From Candidatus Eiseniibacteriota bacterium (lineage in GTDB: Bacteria > Eisenbacteria > RBG-16-71-46 > CAVPCR01): a DNA stretch of 64,000 nt. The DNA lies in contig CAWGMA010000003.1 of the NCBI GenBank assembly GCA_963823555.1, positions 160,001 to 224,000 of the forward strand, read 5' to 3'. Numbering within the stretch: the first letter of the stretch is position 1; each line of letters begins with the position of its first letter. Below the pieces are notes generated by a model, which saw nothing but the letters and a program-made list of their open reading frames with translations, had not been told where the DNA came from and searched no databases. Below are positions 1-10,700 of this stretch, in pieces. The position numbers and the translations under genes are program-made.

Positions 1-1
1 G

Positions 2-145
2 CCCTCCTTTGCGCGCGCCCATGAACTGCTGAGCAAGGACCCGTGGTTCGTGGAGAAGGAGGGGGCGCGCCTCGCGCGCCTCGCGGAGCTGGGAGGCGTT
101 TCCCTTCCCGCCGAGGGCGCGCGCCCACCGGCGGGCGATCGCTAG
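2..145 (+). CDS. 3' end of a gene entering the window, probably a TPR-type protein
   Basis: Frame 2 reads PSFARAHELLSKDPWFVEKEGARLARLAELGG...* with TAG at 143-145; helical tail resembling small TPR protein C-termini; partial. Confidence 0.5.
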   Translation, partial: PSFARAHELLSKDPWFVEKEGARLARLAELGGVSLPAEGARPPAGDR

Positions 146-1056
146 CGGCGATCGCTCCAGGTGGAGGACCGCTCCTCGTGTTCGATCAGATTGCGGATCA
201 TCTGTCCGCGTCCCACCGCCGCTAGCGCCACGCCACCGAGGATGAGCATCGCGGCGACGAGAAGCCGCAGCGTGGGTTCCTCGGCGAGGAAGATCACTCC
301 ACCAAGGGCCGCCAGCACCGGCACCGTGAGCTGGACGACCGCCGCCCGGGTGGCGGTCATGGCGGGGAGAGCGGCATACCAGACGACGTATCCGAGCCCG
401 GAGGTGATGGCTCCCGAGACGATCGCGAGTATCGTACCGCGCGTCGAGGTGTGGAGTGTGGGCAGGCGGATCAGGGCCAGCGCTGCGACCAGCGGCAGCG
501 ACCGGACGAAGTGGTCGGTGGTGGCCGCCATGGGGTCGACGGCGGTGCGGCCGCGCAGCGAGTAGATTCCCCAGGCGATGCCGGCCATGGCCATGAGCAG
601 GGAGCCGGAGGTGGGTGGTGCCTGGATGCCCGGGCGCACCAGCACGACGAGCCCGACGATGGCGACCGTGATGCCCATCCACTGCATCGGGTGAGGTCGC
701 TCGCCGGATCTGAGTCCGGAGAGGATCATGGTGGCCTGGACGGCGCCGAAGAGCACGAGCGCCCCCACTCCGGCCGTGAGCTTCACGTAGGCGAAGGAAA
801 ACGCGGCGGCGTAGACGAACAACATGACCGTCGAGGTCCAGGTCCCGGAAACTCCCACCGGGCGCCTGTGCCCGAGGGCCACGGCGATCGCCCACAGGGT
901 GATGGCGCCGGCGGCGAGGCGCAGCGCCGTGAAGGCAGCGGGATCGATCGATGCGGGGCCGAGAGCGAGCCGGCAGAGGACCGAGTTCGCGGCAAAGGCG
1001 ACGAGCGCGCCGAGGGTCAAGCCGACCGTGCTCAAGGCGCCGCGTCCGGCCATCAC
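142..1056 (-). CDS. DMT/EamA family transporter
   Basis: About 10 hydrophobic segments in two repeats; AFAANSVLCRLAL, SGLGYVVWYAAL, GGVIFLAE motifs. Confidence 0.9.
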   Translation of the reverse strand: MMAGRGALSTVGLTLGALVAFAANSVLCRLALGPASIDPAAFTALRLAAGAITLWAIAVALGHRRPVGVSGTWTSTVMLFVYAAAFSFAYVKLTAGVGALVLFGAVQATMILSGLRSGERPHPMQWMGITVAIVGLVVLVRPGIQAPPTSGSLLMAMAGIAWGIYSLRGRTAVDPMAATTDHFVRSLPLVAALALIRLPTLHTSTRGTILAIVSGAITSGLGYVVWYAALPAMTATRAAVVQLTVPVLAALGGVIFLAEEPTLRLLVAAMLILGGVALAAVGRGQMIRNLIEHEERSSTWSDRR

Positions 1057-1124
1057 CGCCTCGAGTTCGTGGGTGGGATGTTGTGATTCATGTCGCGATC
1101 CCGAATCGCAGAGCCATCCCGCCC

Positions 1125-2036
1125 TCAGCGCCGGCGCAGCTTTCGCCTTGCGTAGTCGGCGCCGGTGCCGAGATAGCGCAGGGCGCCCTCCAGGGAGATC
1201 ACCCGATCGAACATCCAGGAGTAGGCGCCCGCCAGCCGGCGATAGCGATGGTTGGACTGGCGATGACGCTGGAACTTCTTCTGACTCCCGAAGCCGAGGA
1301 TGCGCATGTCCTCGGCCGTGAGCGCGCCGAGGAAGGCTGCGTTCAGGATGAGCGGATGATAGCGATAGGCCCGGACATCGATCTCCTGCAGCGGAATGTC
1401 GGGATCGTGGTAATTGAAGAAGATGACCCGCCGTGGCTTCAGTACGGGGCTCGACTGGCGATGGATGCCCGCGGTATCGAACAAGAACGTGGTCCCCGCC
1501 GGACCCTTGACGTGCTCGATCTGGTCGCGGACGTGGGCGATCTCGCGGTCGTTCCAGTGCCGATGGCGGTTATTGACGTGTGTGCCGCGAATATAGGAGA
1601 AGTGGCCGGTCTCCACATCACTGAGGTAGAGACCCAGCTTCACCTCGCGCGGCACCACGGGCAGGTTGTGGTCGTACCAGGCGTCGTTGTGCCAGCCGTG
1701 GAAATTGTCGCGGGTCGCCACTGTTTCCCAGCCGCGCACCTCGCTCAGCGAGAACTGCGGGCCGATATAGAGGCGCATCACCTCCTTGACCAGCGGATGG
1801 AGTCCAAGTTCCTGGAATGCGGGATCGAGGGTGAGGATGTCCTCGACCATGAGCCGATGCTTGTCCGTCTTCTGGTAGCCCCGCGACGTGTTCCAGCTCA
1901 TCTGGCCGAGCACGACACTGAACGCTTCCTGCATGGCGATCAGGGATTCGGGGGTGACGAGGTCATCGACAAGGACGAGCCCGTCTGTCTCCAGAGCCAC
2001 GACGATCGAGTTCGGGTCGGTAGCGCGCGCGATCAT
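1125..2036 (-). CDS. Phytanoyl-CoA dioxygenase (PhyH)-like Fe(II)/2-oxoglutarate dioxygenase
   Basis: DGLVLVDD N-terminus, HxD motif (WHND), YIRGTH, GPAGTTFLFD, distal His (GIHR) and downstream Arg (RRVIF). Confidence 0.8.
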   Translation of the reverse strand: MIARATDPNSIVVALETDGLVLVDDLVTPESLIAMQEAFSVVLGQMSWNTSRGYQKTDKHRLMVEDILTLDPAFQELGLHPLVKEVMRLYIGPQFSLSEVRGWETVATRDNFHGWHNDAWYDHNLPVVPREVKLGLYLSDVETGHFSYIRGTHVNNRHRHWNDREIAHVRDQIEHVKGPAGTTFLFDTAGIHRQSSPVLKPRRVIFFNYHDPDIPLQEIDVRAYRYHPLILNAAFLGALTAEDMRILGFGSQKKFQRHRQSNHRYRRLAGAYSWMFDRVISLEGALRYLGTGADYARRKLRRR

Positions 2037-2065
2037 ATCCAGATGGAGTTATCGGCGTCGTCGGT

Positions 2066-4366
2066 CTAGCCCTTGACGCCCGACCTCTTCTTCTCCTCCC
2101 GTTCCCGGAGCAAGTTCAAGGCCGACCCGGCGCGGAACCAGGTCAGTTGCTCGCGGCTCAGCGTGTGCCCGAGCTCGATCGTCTCCCGAGTGCCGTCGGT
2201 GTGGTGGAGGACCGCCGATACCTTCTTCCCGGGAGCGAGACCGTCCAGGTCGAGAATGGTGATGCGATCGTCCTCGTGCACCCGGTCGTAGTCCGCCGAG
2301 TTGACGAAGGTGAGCGGCAGGATCCCCTGCTTCTTGAGGTTGGTCTCGTGGATGCGGGCGAAGCTGCGCGCGATGATCGCCGCCGCACCCAGGTGCCGGG
2401 GCGACATGGCCGCGTGCTCACGGCTCGATCCTTCGCCGTAGTTCTCGTCGCCGACCACCACCCACATGAGACCCGAGGCCTTGTAGCGCCGCGCGACGTC
2501 GGGTACCGGCCGGCCGCGCTCCTGGCTGGCCAGGTCCATGGTCGTCCCGCGCTCCCCCGTGAAGGCATTGGTGGCGCCGGTGAACATGTTGTCGCTGATG
2601 GCATCGAGATGGCCGCGGAAGCGGAGCCAGGGTCCGGCCGGTGAGATGTGGTCCGTGGTGGTCTTGCCCTTCGTCTTCAAGAGCACCGGCATCTCGCGGA
2701 AGCGAGCGGGGTCCGGGGCTGAGAACGGGCTGAGTACCGCCAGCCGCTTGCTGGCCCTGTCGATCTGCACCGAGACCAGATCAGGGTGGGTTGCCGGTGC
2801 CACGTAGCCGCCCGCCGTGGCTGCGAAGCCCGCCGCGGGCAACTCGGGGGCCTTCTTCGGCGGAGCGAGCTTCCAGGTCTTGCCGTCCGGCGCCGTCAGC
2901 GAGTCCGCGAGTGGATTGAAGGAGAGTCTCCCCGCGAGCCCGTAGGCCATGACCACCTCCGGGCTGGCGATGAAGGCCATGGTCTCCGGGTTCGCGTCGT
3001 TGCGCCCGGGGAAGTTGCGATTGAACGAGGTGATGATCGAGTTGCGCTCGCCCTTCTTCGGCTCCTCCCGCCGCCACTGCCCGATGCACGGGCCGCAGGC
3101 GTTGGCGAGCACCGTGCCGCCGACCGCCTCGATCCTGGCCATGAGCCCATCGCGCTGGATGGTGGCATAGATCTGATCACTGCCCGGGGTGACCAGGAGC
3201 GGCGACGCCGCCCGCTGGCCATGAGCGTGGGCCTGCTCAGCGATGTCGGCGGTGCGGGCGATGTCCTCGTACGAGGAATTGGTGCAGCTGCCGATGAGCG
3301 CCGCCGTCAGCTGATCGGGATAGCCATCCTTGGCGACATCGGCGGCGAGTCGCGACACCGGCCGCGCGAGATCGGGCGTGTGCGGGCCGACGACATACGG
3401 CTCGAGCTTGGAGAGATCGATCTCGACGACGCGCGAGAAGAACTTCTCGGGAGCAGCTTCGACCTCGGGGTCGGCCGCGAGGAGGTGCTTGTGCTGGCGC
3501 GCCAGCTCGGCGAGCTGGGCGCGGTTCGTGGCCCTCAGGTAGGCATCCATTCGATCATCGAAGGGGAAGATCGAGGTGGTGGCTCCGAGCTCGGCGCCCA
3601 TGTTGGTGATCGTGCCCTTGCCCGTGGCACTGATGGCCCGGGCGCCCGGACCAAAGTACTCGACGATCTTGTTGGTGCCGCCCTTCACCGTGAGCAGGCC
3701 GCACAGATGGAGGATGACGTCCTTGGGGGCCGTCCAGCCGGAGAGCTCGCCCGTGAGCTTGACACCGATGAGCTCCGGCTCGAGCACTTCCCACGGGAAC
3801 CCGGCCATCACGTCGACCGCATCGGCCCCACCAACGCCCACGGCGCACATGCCGAGGCCTCCGGCGTTCGGCGTGTGCGAGTCGGTGCCGATCAAGAGCC
3901 CGCCGGGGAAGGCGTAGTGCTCGAGCACGACCTGGTGAATGATCCCGGCCCCGGGTTGCCAGAAGCCGATTCCGTACTTGGCCGACACCGAGCGCAGGAA
4001 CTCGTAGACCTCGCTGTTCTCGCTGAGTGCCATCTTCATGTCGGCGGCGGCTCCAGTGCGCGCCTGGATGAGGTGATCGCAGTGCACGGTGGTCGGCACC
4101 GCCACCTCGGGAAGTCCCGCCTGCATGAACTGGAGCAAGGCCATCTGCGCGGTCGCGTCCTGCATGGCGACCCGATCGGGATAGAGGGCAAGGTAGGCCT
4201 TGCCCGGGGCGAGCTCCTGGTGTTCGGGATCGGCGAGATGGGTATAGAGGATCTTCTCCGCGAGCGTGAGCGGGCGACCGAGCCGGCGACTGATCCTGGG
4301 GAAATTCTCCTCCATGCGGGCATAGACACGGCTAACGAATTCAGGCGAGCTCTCGACCACTGGCAT
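2066..4366 (-). CDS. acnA: Aconitate hydratase (mitochondrial/Bacteroidota-type, 766 aa)
   Basis: DRVAMQDATAQMA, HCDHLI, GTDSHTPNAGG, IGSCTNSSYED, ANACGPCIGQW, TTDHISPAG, NYGEGSSREHAA. Confidence 0.95.
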   Translation of the reverse strand: MPVVESSPEFVSRVYARMEENFPRISRRLGRPLTLAEKILYTHLADPEHQELAPGKAYLALYPDRVAMQDATAQMALLQFMQAGLPEVAVPTTVHCDHLIQARTGAAADMKMALSENSEVYEFLRSVSAKYGIGFWQPGAGIIHQVVLEHYAFPGGLLIGTDSHTPNAGGLGMCAVGVGGADAVDVMAGFPWEVLEPELIGVKLTGELSGWTAPKDVILHLCGLLTVKGGTNKIVEYFGPGARAISATGKGTITNMGAELGATTSIFPFDDRMDAYLRATNRAQLAELARQHKHLLAADPEVEAAPEKFFSRVVEIDLSKLEPYVVGPHTPDLARPVSRLAADVAKDGYPDQLTAALIGSCTNSSYEDIARTADIAEQAHAHGQRAASPLLVTPGSDQIYATIQRDGLMARIEAVGGTVLANACGPCIGQWRREEPKKGERNSIITSFNRNFPGRNDANPETMAFIASPEVVMAYGLAGRLSFNPLADSLTAPDGKTWKLAPPKKAPELPAAGFAATAGGYVAPATHPDLVSVQIDRASKRLAVLSPFSAPDPARFREMPVLLKTKGKTTTDHISPAGPWLRFRGHLDAISDNMFTGATNAFTGERGTTMDLASQERGRPVPDVARRYKASGLMWVVVGDENYGEGSSREHAAMSPRHLGAAAIIARSFARIHETNLKKQGILPLTFVNSADYDRVHEDDRITILDLDGLAPGKKVSAVLHHTDGTRETIELGHTLSREQLTWFRAGSALNLLREREEKKRSGVKG

Positions 4367-4580
4367 CGACCGACTCCTCGGCTAGGTGACCTGGGTTTCC
4401 CCGGATGCGGGATACCCGGCGATGATAGCGCAGATGGGATGGCACCGAAACGCGCTGCAGGACCCGAGGATGGGGCTGCGGGGCAGCGCGACCGGTGCTC
4501 GCGCCCCTGAGGCCGCCGTTGCCCCATCCGGCCGCGGGGTCTAACATGAATGGCATCTGGAGCCGTTCGAGGAGGTCCCC

Positions 4581-6746
4581 ATGCGCCGCGCATCGCCGCC
4601 GGCCCGCCCTGCAAGCGCCGAATCCCCTCCTGAAGGCGACGCCCACGCCGGGCGAGGAGCCCCTGCGCCTTCCGCCGCGACGGCTGCGAACGGCGCCGCC
4701 GAGGGCGAGCGCGCCCAGGTCTTCAGAGCCCTCGTCGAGAATCTCGACCGCATCTTCTGGGTCATCACCCCGGACCTGACGCGAATCATCTACGTGAGTC
4801 CGGCATGCGAGCGGGTCCTCGGCCGCACCCGGGCGAGCATCTATGCGAATCCCATGTCGTGGATCGAGGCCATGCACCCGCATGATCGATCTCAGGTCCT
4901 CGATGCGATCAATCGCCGCGTACGTGGGCTGCCGGTGCCGGATCACCAGGTATTCCGGGTCACCCGTCCCGACGGTGGAACCCGCTGGTTGCGCAGCCAG
5001 GGGCTCCTGGTGCCCGCTCCCGATGGCGGATGGTGGTACATCGGTGTGGCCGAGGACATCACCGAGCTCAAGCGCGATGCCGACGCCGAGGGCGAGCGCG
5101 CCTCGATGTTCCGCATGATGACCGAGCAGCTGCCAGCGGTCATCTGGACGATGGGGCGGGATCTCGTCTTCACGTCGAGCAACGGTCGCGGGCTGGTCGC
5201 TCTCGGTCGCGTTCCGAACGAGGTCGTCGGGATGACGATCTGGGAATACTTCGGGACCGATGATCCGGACTTTCCTCCCATTGCTGCGCATCGCCGGGCC
5301 CTGACCGGGGAGAAGGTCTCCTACGATAGCGAGTGGCAGGGACGCACGTTCACGTCCCATCTCGAGTCGCTGTGCGATCCGGCCGGTCGCGTGGTGGGTG
5401 TTCTCGGTCTCGCGCTGGATGTGACCGAGCGCCGCCAGGCCGAGGTCGAGGCCCGGGCCGCCCATGAGGCGCTCCGGCTGGCGCACGAGAGCTTGCGCCG
5501 GGCTCATGACGACCTGGGGCACATCAACGAGGAGCTCGAGAGCCGCATCCTGGAGCGAACGGCCGCGCTCCAGCTGGCCAACGAGCGGCTCGAGCGGGAG
5601 GCGGGTGAACGCCTGCGTGTTGAGGAGTCGCTACGCCGCAGCGTCGAGCTGTACCGTCTTCTGGCCGAGAACACGAGCGACCTCATCACCCGCCTCGCGG
5701 CCGATGGGATCTGCACCTACGTCTCGCCGGCGATCTACGGCATGGCCGGGTATGCGCCGGAAGATCTCCTGGGTCGCAGCGGCTATGACGTGGTCCATCC
5801 TGATGACCTGGAGACGGTGGTGCGGGCCTCGGAGGAGGTGGTGTCCCGCTCGGGCACGGCGACCGTGATCTTCCGCTTCCGGATGAAGAGCGGCTCCTAC
5901 AAATGGGTCGAAGCCATCGGGAAGCGTGTCGAAGCGGCCGCTGGAGAAGCCGGCGAGATGATCATCGTGGTCCGCGACATCTCCCAGCGGAAGCAGACCG
6001 AGGAGCGCGTGGCCCGCCTGCAGCGCGAGCTGGCGCAGGTGGCCCGCCTGTCGACGATCGGGGAGATGGCGTCTCAGCTGGCCCACGAGCTCAACCAGCC
6101 CCTGACCGCCGTGATGAACTACCTCGATGCGGGGCGCCGTCTCCTGCGCCGGGATTGCACCGCCTCCCCGGAGGCGCTCGCGGCGATGGACGAGGCCGCG
6201 GCCGAGGCCCAGCGCGCGGGACACATCCTGCAGCGCGTCAGATCCTTTGCGCGTGGCGGGGAACCCGAGCGCACCCTGCACGACGTGAACACCCTTGTGA
6301 ACGAGGTGCTCGAACTGGCGCATGCCGATATTCGCGCGCGCGAGGTGAAGCTCGACCTCGACCTGGCTTCCGATCTCTCCCTCGTTCGCGTCGATGGCGT
6401 GCAGATCCAGCAGGTGATCCTGAACCTGATCCGTAACGGGCTCGACGCCATGGCGGATGGGGACGGGGAGCGCCGGCTCTCGCTGCGAACGAGGCAATCC
6501 GAGAGGTCGGTCGCAGTTGAAGTAGGGGACACCGGGCCAGGCATCCCCGCAGACGTGAGGACTCGGCTCTTCGAACCCTTCTTCACCATGAAGCCTGGGG
6601 GCATGGGGCTCGGGCTCTCGATCAGCCACTCCATCGTCGAGGCCGCCGGCGGCCGCCTGTGGGCCGAGGAGGGCGAGGGTCCGGGAGCGACCTTCTGCTT
6701 CAGCTTGCCGGCCGCGGCCGGCAAGCGATCCCGGGAGGATGCGTGA
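4581..6746 (+). CDS. Cytoplasmic multi-PAS sensor histidine kinase (FixL-like)
   Basis: Three PAS/PAC domains, H-box LAHELNQPL, N-box QVILNLIRNG, DTGPGI, FEPFFT, GMGLGLSI; no TM segment; start uncertain. Confidence 0.92.
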   Translation: MRRASPPARPASAESPPEGDAHAGRGAPAPSAATAANGAAEGERAQVFRALVENLDRIFWVITPDLTRIIYVSPACERVLGRTRASIYANPMSWIEAMHPHDRSQVLDAINRRVRGLPVPDHQVFRVTRPDGGTRWLRSQGLLVPAPDGGWWYIGVAEDITELKRDADAEGERASMFRMMTEQLPAVIWTMGRDLVFTSSNGRGLVALGRVPNEVVGMTIWEYFGTDDPDFPPIAAHRRALTGEKVSYDSEWQGRTFTSHLESLCDPAGRVVGVLGLALDVTERRQAEVEARAAHEALRLAHESLRRAHDDLGHINEELESRILERTAALQLANERLEREAGERLRVEESLRRSVELYRLLAENTSDLITRLAADGICTYVSPAIYGMAGYAPEDLLGRSGYDVVHPDDLETVVRASEEVVSRSGTATVIFRFRMKSGSYKWVEAIGKRVEAAAGEAGEMIIVVRDISQRKQTEERVARLQRELAQVARLSTIGEMASQLAHELNQPLTAVMNYLDAGRRLLRRDCTASPEALAAMDEAAAEAQRAGHILQRVRSFARGGEPERTLHDVNTLVNEVLELAHADIRAREVKLDLDLASDLSLVRVDGVQIQQVILNLIRNGLDAMADGDGERRLSLRTRQSERSVAVEVGDTGPGIPADVRTRLFEPFFTMKPGGMGLGLSISHSIVEAAGGRLWAEEGEGPGATFCFSLPAAAGKRSREDA

Positions 6747-7441
6747 TGTCGGTTGATGCAGTTGATGAAGCCGTCCCCACCGTGTTCGTGGTCGACGACG
6801 ATCCGGGCGTGCGCAATTCGTTGCGCCTCCTGCTCGAGACGGTGAATCTCCCGACCGAGACCTTCGCCTCGGCGCAGGAGTTTCTCGACGCCTGCGACCT
6901 CGGGCGACCCGGGTGCCTGGTTCTCGATCTGGCCATGCCGGGGATGAGCGGACTCGAGCTCCAGGAGCGATTGAGGGCCGAGCGCTGCATCATTCCCATC
7001 ATCTTCATCACGGCGCATGGCGAGGTATCCACCGCGGTCCGCGCCATGAAGAAAGGCGCCAAGAACTTCCTCGAGAAGCCCTTCTGTGGCCAGGCGTTGA
7101 TCGACATGATCCAGCGCGAGATCGAGGTGAACCGGCAGGAGAGGCTGCAACGGGCCCGGATCCGGGACGCCGGCGCCCGTCTCGACCTGCTCACCAGGCG
7201 CGAGCGGCAGGTACTCGATCTCCTGGTGCGAGGCCTGCCGGTCAAGGCGATCGCCGACGAGCTCGAGATGGCCAAGAAGACCTGCGATGTGCATCGTGCG
7301 CACATCATGCAGAAGACCGGGGTCAGCTCCGTTCCCGAGCTCGTGCAGCTCCATATCCTCGGATCGCAGGCCGAGGAGGGCCGCGAGCCGTCAGCCGGTC
7401 TGTCAGAGGATTTTCCTGGGCTCCCCTCTGCTAAAGGTTAG
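6746..7441 (+). CDS. FixJ/TodT-family response regulator (REC + LuxR HTH)
   Basis: ATG overlaps the kinase TGA (TGATG); VFVVDDD, LDLAMPGMSG, FITAHG, FLEKP, LTRRERQVL...HRAHIMQK. Confidence 0.93.
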   Translation: MSVDAVDEAVPTVFVVDDDPGVRNSLRLLLETVNLPTETFASAQEFLDACDLGRPGCLVLDLAMPGMSGLELQERLRAERCIIPIIFITAHGEVSTAVRAMKKGAKNFLEKPFCGQALIDMIQREIEVNRQERLQRARIRDAGARLDLLTRRERQVLDLLVRGLPVKAIADELEMAKKTCDVHRAHIMQKTGVSSVPELVQLHILGSQAEEGREPSAGLSEDFPGLPSAKG

Positions 7442-7452
7442 ATCGGCTCAAA

Positions 7453-7475
7453 GTTGTAAGACATTTCCTTATAAC
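7453..7475. promoter_or_regulatory. Imperfect palindrome, candidate regulator binding site
   Basis: GTTGTAAG-N7-CTTATAAC (7/8 inverted match) in an AT-rich patch just after the response regulator. Confidence 0.4.
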
Positions 7476-7476
7476 G

Positions 7477-7645
7477 GCACAGAAAATGACCTATAGCGAG
7501 GTCGCAAGGAAAGCTCGATAGTGACTGTGCAGTCTGAGCGTGAGACGTGGCTGTGGCCGTGGTTGCCACATCCCGCTCAGGCCAGGCCCGACTTCCGGGG
7601 GATCCCACTGGCCGCAGGTCCACCGGCAAGCCGGGCCTTTTCTTA
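7477..7645 (+). ncRNA. Candidate structured small RNA of unknown family
   Basis: Three consecutive hairpins (GCACAG/CTGTGC; CTGAGCG/CGCTCAG; AGGCCCG/CGGGCCT), then TTTTCTT, between convergent genes. Confidence 0.35.
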
Positions 7646-7705
7646 TGGGGGCCTTTCTCGGGGTTCCCGCTCCCGGCCCTTTCCTCTGCGGGTGCCAGGT
7701 CCCGG

Positions 7706-7731
7706 CCGCCCGGACTCCCGAGTCCGGGCGG
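7706..7731. terminator. GC-rich inverted repeat downstream of the S8 peptidase
   Basis: CCGCCCGGACTC-CC-GAGTCCGGGCGG; no U-tract. Confidence 0.45.
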
Positions 7732-7776
7732 GGCTCCCGCCCGGCTCCGGTGCTTCAGCTGTCGCCCCGTCGGGTG

Positions 7777-10700
7777 TTACTGCAGCAACACCATCTTGCG
7801 GACAGCCGCCCGGTCCGGCGTGACGAGCTTGTAGAGGTAGATCCCGCTCGCCACCGGCGCACCGCGCTCGTCCCGTCCGTCCCAGGCCACGACGTGGGTG
7901 CCGCCGGCGAGCTGGCCGCTGACCAGGCTGCGAACGGCCCGCCCCGCCACATCGAAGATGGTGAGCGCGACCGGCGCTTCCGATTCGAGCGTGAAGCGAA
8001 TCGTCGTCGCCGGGTTGAATGGATTGGGCGCGTTCTGATCGAGGCCGAAGCGGAACTCGGCGCTTGCCTCGGAGCCGATACCCGTGGGACCCGCGTTCAC
8101 GGGAACTCTGAGACTCGCGGCTCCACCCCAGGCCCCACCCTGGTCCTTGGCGCGCACCCACAGGGTCACGAAGTCCTCGCCGAAGGTTCCCGCTGGAATC
8201 TCCGCCATGACGCCGACCGTGATCGTGCCGAAGTCACCGGTCATGGCCGTGCCGGTGCCGGCCGGGGCGGGGTTGAGGCCGGCCGACCACTCGGCAGCGA
8301 GGATGTTGGAGCCCCCCGTGTTCGCGTCGGTCACGGTGGCCGCGAGGGATGTCGCCTCGCTGGCCCGGATGGGCAGCGGATCGACCGCGATCGAGCCCGC
8401 CACCACCACCGGTCCGGTCAGATCGCCGCCCGGGAGATGGAGCGTGAGATCTCCGTTCGAGTCATCGCGCCCGCGGAGAGAGGGCGATCCGTTGTCGGTG
8501 ATGGCGACTCGGATCCGGTAGCGGGTGCCGTTGGGGAAGCCCGCCGGATTCCAGGAGTAGGGCGGCGGGCCCGGAGCCGCCGCGACCAGGTTCCACGACT
8601 CGCCTCCGTTCGAGCTGACGTGGATGGTCCGCGATGCGACCGTGAATCCGGCGGCCGCCGATTCGGTCCAGGAGATGGCCACCGGGCCGCTCGTGATCAC
8701 CTCGCCCCCGTCCGGCCCCGTCACGGTGACATCCGGATGATCGTGGCCGATGAGCCAGATCAGGGTCCGGTCGAGGATGTCCGCTCGCGCCTCGTCATCG
8801 GGGACAACGGCATTCAGATGCGCCCACTCGTAGAAGTTGGTGGAGATCTTCGTCGGCTGCCCACCCCACACGGCACTACCGGGATCACCCGCAGGCATTG
8901 CGCCTGTGAAACGAATGGCAATGTCATCGGGAGAGGTGTCGTTGTTCCGCCAGCTGGCCAGCGCGGTGCCGCCGACCGGGTTGGGGTTGATCTCGTCGCC
9001 GGCGGCCCCCGAACGGTGCGGCGTGTAAGGAATGCCTGCGGTGTAGGTGCCGCTGATCGGGTCGCCGGCGATGCCGAGGACCGAGCTCCAGGTCGCCGGG
9101 TCGGCCTGCCAGATGGCCTTGAGCTCGGTCTCGAACCAGGCCTTTCGCGCCGGGGAGTAGTCGGGAGAGCTCGGTTCCGAGAAATCCCAGGCCACATCGT
9201 GGGAGAAGATGGCCCAGCGGGCTCCGCCGGCGTTCAGGGCGGTGAGCGTGTCACGCGCGGCATCGGTGATCACCGGGTACTGCTCGAGGCCCGGCTGCCA
9301 GACGACGGCCTTGAAGGAGCGCAGTCCGGAATCGAGATTGCCCAGGCGCGGCGGGCTGGCGAGAGCTCCCTCCCAGATCGCGTGGGCCCACCCGCGGGAC
9401 GAGAGCGCCGTCTCGTAATAGCCCCTCTTGTCGAAGGAGCTGTCGGTGATGACCACGAGAACATCGCGTCGCGAATCGGTCGTGAAGCGGTAATGGACTC
9501 CCCCCGCGTCGTCGCGCACGCCGTTCCCCTGATGATCCACGGATTCGACGTCGAAGTAATAGGTCTGGTTCGTTGCGAGCCCGGTGATCGTGACCGCGTG
9601 CGTGGTGACCAGGGCCGGCTCGAGCTCGGTCTCGGCGCCGAGGAGCGGCGTCGTCCCGTAGTAGACCCTCGAGCTCGCGGGCGTTGAGGTGAGCCACGTG
9701 ATGGTGGCTCCATCCTGGCTCTGGTTGCCGGCGTGCACTGCGGTGATCACAGGACCCAGGAGATTGACCGTGGCGCGGGCCGCGATTGGATTCGGGTCGA
9801 GGTAGGTCACGGTGATCTCGTCGCCATTCGACACCTGGATGCGACCGTCCGCCGCCGGAGCGGCGAGGGAAATCGGGATCGCGCCGGTGAAGATGCCGTC
9901 CCCCCCGTCGAGGCTCACCACTTCCGGCGTCGACTCGGTGGTGGAGCTGACGCTCACGGTCAGCGGCAGCGCTGCATCCGGGTCGGTGACGCGGATGGCC
10001 ACCGTGTCCTCGGCGCCGTAGGCGGCCTGATTCAGCTCGACCACGGCGAGGCCGCTCGCCAGCCCACCGGTGACCACCAGCGCGAAAGGCTGCGGGCCGA
10101 AGGGAACGTTCGCGGCCTCCACCCTGAGGATCCACGTGCCCGCGGATGGCAGGTTGCGCTGGACGCACTCCTCGACGTTGATGGCGTCGGCGGTCCCGCC
10201 GGTCGACGACTGGCCGGCGGCATAGAAGTTGCCGCGGTAGACCGCTCCACCCGGCTCGGTGGCGATGAGGTCGAGGTTGTTGACCAGGTTGATCGCCGCG
10301 GCCGGCGTCGAGGGGTAGTCGGTCCAGACCAGGGTCGCCTCGATCGGCTGCGTCGCGTCGGTGACCTCGACCGCGAATTCGACATACTCGCCGGTGAGAA
10401 GGCCGGTCGTGAAGTCCACGAGCGCCGTCCGCCGGGTGTCACCGGCGAAGTAGAGCACGTTGTCGGTGAGCACGCGGCCCCAGCCGATGCGATTGGAGGG
10501 GATCGAGTAGCCGCTGACCGAATTGTCCCCGGAGTTGACCACCATGGCCTTGAGCAAGGCCGCCGACGGCGTGAAGCCGTTGGCCGGCACCTTGGCGCCG
10601 GTCGGGTACCAGCCCTCGGTCAAGTACTGGCGCATCAGCGCGGCGGCGCCCGCCATGGCCGGCGTCGCCATGCTGGTGCCGGAGAGCGAGGCATAGGAGG

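Noticed and set aside
7490..7520. GAGGTCGCAAGGAAAGC resembling the SRP RNA helix 8 motif, or a CsrB/Rsm RNA
   Set aside because: Does not match the SRP CAGG...GNRA...AGCA consensus, and there are too few GGA loops for CsrB; left as an unassigned RNA.
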